Below are positions 7,293-8,847 of a stretch of DNA of 8,847 bases, one piece after another. Below the pieces are notes generated by a model, which did not search any database, had not been told where the DNA came from, and saw only the letters and a list, made by a program, of their open reading frames with translations. Numbering within the stretch: the first letter of the stretch is position 1; every line of letters starts with the position of its first letter. A program made the translations under genes and the position numbers. The DNA is from a virus (Duplodnaviria; Heunggongvirae; Uroviricota; Caudoviricetes): IMG/VR virus record IMGVR_UViG_2534681993_000021, positions 1-8,847 of that record; one strand, 5' to 3'.

Positions 7293-7323
7293 AAAAGATA
7301 ACGCATTGATTGCGTTATCTTTT
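7293..7323 (-). terminator. Hairpin terminator at the 3' end of the repressor gene
   Basis: Perfect 13-bp inverted repeat AAAAGATAACGCA (7293-7305) / TGCGTTATCTTTT (7311-7323) with a 5-nt loop. The minus-strand transcript has a 9-bp core stem followed by a U-run. It overlaps the dicA-like stop codon (7315-7317). Confidence 0.5.
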
Positions 7324-7722
7324 GTTTGTTCGTTGACGGGCTTTTAATAACTCTTCAAAGAGTTTGTTGAAATTTTTTACTCGGGCGCGCATCTCGGTGA
7401 GCTGAGCATCCTGTTCTGATTCAGGCAATGCATTAAAAAGCTCAAGGAGCTCATGTTCTTTGGGGGATAGAGCAACTGGCTCCTCAATAGGTGGTGATGG
7501 CTGCTTGTCTTCATCGCCAAATAGAATCCATGTTGGCGAGCACTGCAGTACTTTGCTGAGGGCAAAAAGATTCTTTCCTGTAGGTTCGCTATCATCCCGC
7601 TCCCATTGTGAAACCGATACGTGAGAAATTTTCAGGACTTTAGCAAGAGACCTTTGGGTGTATTTGAGGTTTTTTCGGCGATATCTAATGCGTTCGCCAA
7701 TGGTTAAATTTTTTGTATCCAT
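7315..7722 (-). CDS. dicA: Phage repressor, HTH XRE family, DicA-like (CI-type)
   Basis: 135 aa. MDTKNLTIGERIRYRRKNLKYTQRSLAKVLKISHVSVSQWERDDSEPTGKNLFALSKVLQCSPTWILFGDEDKQ... reads as a near-identical match to E. coli DicA as I recall it, with the same length. Divergent from a Cro-like gene. Confidence 0.9.
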   Translation of the reverse strand: MDTKNLTIGERIRYRRKNLKYTQRSLAKVLKISHVSVSQWERDDSEPTGKNLFALSKVLQCSPTWILFGDEDKQPSPPIEEPVALSPKEHELLELFNALPESEQDAQLTEMRARVKNFNKLFEELLKARQRTNKR

Positions 7723-7805
7723 AGTTAGCTAATGCTAAATCTTATTGACTATGTTTTTGTTAACATCTATTTTGTTAGTCATGGCTAACAATCAAGGTGC
7801 TTTAA
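7723..7805. promoter_or_regulatory. Divergent promoter/operator region between repressor and cro-like gene
   Basis: Rightward promoter: -35 TTGACT (7745-7750), 17-nt spacer, -10 TATTTT (7768-7773). Operator inverted repeat TTGTTAGTCATGGCTAACAA (7772-7791) sits just downstream of the -10. Weaker operator-like palindrome TTAGCTAATGCTAA (7725-7738) abuts the dicA start. SD AAGGTG (7794-7799) precedes ATG 7806. Confidence 0.55.
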
Positions 7806-8036
7806 ATGCTTAAAACTGACGCACTTTTGTATTTCGGTTCAAAAACAAAACTTGCACAAGCTGCTGGTATTCGTTTGGCTTCGCTTTATAGCTGGAAAGG
7901 GGAGCTAGTACCTGAAGGTCGCGCGATGCGCCTGCAAGAGGCATCCGGCGGGGAACTTCAGTACGACCCCAAAGTTTATGACGAATATCGTAAGGCAAAG
8001 CGGGCGGGGCGGTTGAACAATGAAAATCACCCCTGA
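7806..8036 (+). CDS. dicC: Cro-like regulator, DicC-like
   Basis: 76 aa. MLKTDALLYFGSKTKLAQAAGIRLASLYSWKGELVPEGRAMRLQEASGGELQYDPKVYDEYRK... matches E. coli DicC as I recall it, same length. Good SD 6 nt upstream. Divergent from dicA. Confidence 0.85.
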   Translation: MLKTDALLYFGSKTKLAQAAGIRLASLYSWKGELVPEGRAMRLQEASGGELQYDPKVYDEYRKAKRAGRLNNENHP

Positions 8037-8571
8037 ACAGGTTTGTGAGGCTCTGGATGCCTGGGTGTGCCGACCAGGAATGACACAGGAACAGGCGACG
8101 ATATTAATCACGGAAGCATTCTGGGCTCTGAAAGAACGCCCGAACATCGATGTTCAACGCATCACGTTTAATGATGGCGAGGTTGATCAACGGGCACTGG
8201 GCGTTAACCGGGTGAAGATATTCGAACGCTGGAAAGCTATCGACACCAGGGATAAGCGGAAAAAATTCACGGCGCTGATTCCGGCAATTATGGAGGCTAT
8301 CCGAATTAGTGATTTCAGGTTGTATCGTGAGATCAGTGATGGAAAAAGCATTACGTACATGATCGCCGGATTAAACAAAGAATATGGCGATGTGGTGGAG
8401 TCCGGGCTGCTTTTTGCGGATCCATCTGTTGTGGAACGTGAGACTGACGAGCTTATAGAAAAAGCTATTGCTTTCAAGCATGCGTATCGTCAGCAGTATC
8501 AATATTACTTTGCAGATAAACAAATATCTGCCAGGGGTTCGTATGAGTATCGATGCACTACGATGGGCTAA
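8020..8571 (+). CDS. YdaT-like protein (in the CII-like position)
   Basis: 183-aa ORF overlapping the dicC-like 3' end by 17 nt. N-terminus MKITPEQVCEALDAW and an internal LIPAI segment resemble the YdaT family that follows Cro-like genes in Rac-type prophages. The family assignment is from memory and is tentative. Confidence 0.5.
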   Translation: MKITPEQVCEALDAWVCRPGMTQEQATILITEAFWALKERPNIDVQRITFNDGEVDQRALGVNRVKIFERWKAIDTRDKRKKFTALIPAIMEAIRISDFRLYREISDGKSITYMIAGLNKEYGDVVESGLLFADPSVVERETDELIEKAIAFKHAYRQQYQYYFADKQISARGSYEYRCTTMG

Positions 8572-8847
8572 AAAGGTGAAAACCGGCAGTTCATCCAGTA
8601 AGTCTGTATTGACCTGGCTTGCTGATATGTGCGGTGCCGATTTGTGTGCATACCCGTCTGTATCTGCACTGGCAGAAGTAACGGAACTGAACAAAAAGAC
8701 TGTGCAGGACAGCTTACGACACCTGATGGAGATTGGGTTAATTGTTGATACCGGTGAGAGAAAAGGCAGAACAAAGCAAATTGTGGTGTACCGACTTATC
8801 GGTGTAGAAGAAAGTGTTGCCGAGCCTGAATACACCCAAAAACGGGT
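8543..8847 (+). CDS. Phage replication initiation protein, N-terminal winged-helix/HTH domain (3'-truncated by window end)
   Basis: ATG 8543, open to the window end with no stop (101 codons). MSIDALRWAKKVKTGSSSSKSVLTWLADMCGADLCAYPSVSALAEVTELNKKTVQDSLRHLMEIGLIVDTGERKGRTKQIVVYRL is typical of the HTH N-terminus of lambdoid O-like replication proteins. Overlaps the previous gene by 29 nt. Confidence 0.6.
   Translation, partial: MSIDALRWAKKVKTGSSSSKSVLTWLADMCGADLCAYPSVSALAEVTELNKKTVQDSLRHLMEIGLIVDTGERKGRTKQIVVYRLIGVEESVAEPEYTQKR

Larger units (their letters stand above)
2585..8847. mobile_element. Lambdoid prophage, integrase-proximal arm through immunity and start of replication module (continues past window end)
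   Basis: Gene order int - xis - exonuclease - small early genes - repressor / cro-like - YdaT-like - replication initiator, with the leftward operon on the minus strand. The int-side boundary (att) is expected between about 2100 and 2585 but cannot be placed without the other end. Confidence 0.8.

Noticed and set aside
7377-8835. Shadow ORFs 7377..7595, 7810..7998, 7905..8147, 8187..8477, 8371..8835 and 8568..8774
   Set aside because: Each lies antisense or out of frame within the dicA-like, dicC-like, YdaT-like or replication genes, which have clear homology-style support.
1-8847. CRISPR array, rRNA or IS element
   Set aside because: No regularly spaced direct repeats, no rRNA-like conserved blocks and no transposase-like ORF were seen.

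Overview
This 8.8-kb window reads as the junction between a type III secretion effector moron and the integrase-proximal arm of a lambdoid prophage, as seen in accessory DNA of attaching/effacing E. coli and relatives. Left part (1-2584): a short gene ending in a strong intrinsic terminator, a 63-aa ORF, a complete nleC-like zinc metalloprotease effector gene (328 aa, intact HEIIH motif), about 370 bp with no convincing ORF, and a small minus-strand gene. Right part (2585-8847): tyrosine integrase, excisionase, a large early protein with a zinc ribbon and a C-terminal DEDDh 3'-5' exonuclease domain, two small early genes, a DicA-like repressor divergent from a DicC-like Cro with a repeated 14-bp operator, a YdaT-like gene and the 5' part of a replication initiator gene. 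I found no rRNA, tRNA, CRISPR array or IS element. Nothing here is clearly an undescribed system; the best candidates for unexplored biology are the exonuclease architecture and the unassigned 183-aa early gene. All calls come from reading the translated ORFs and motifs by eye and from recalled family features; no database search was run.
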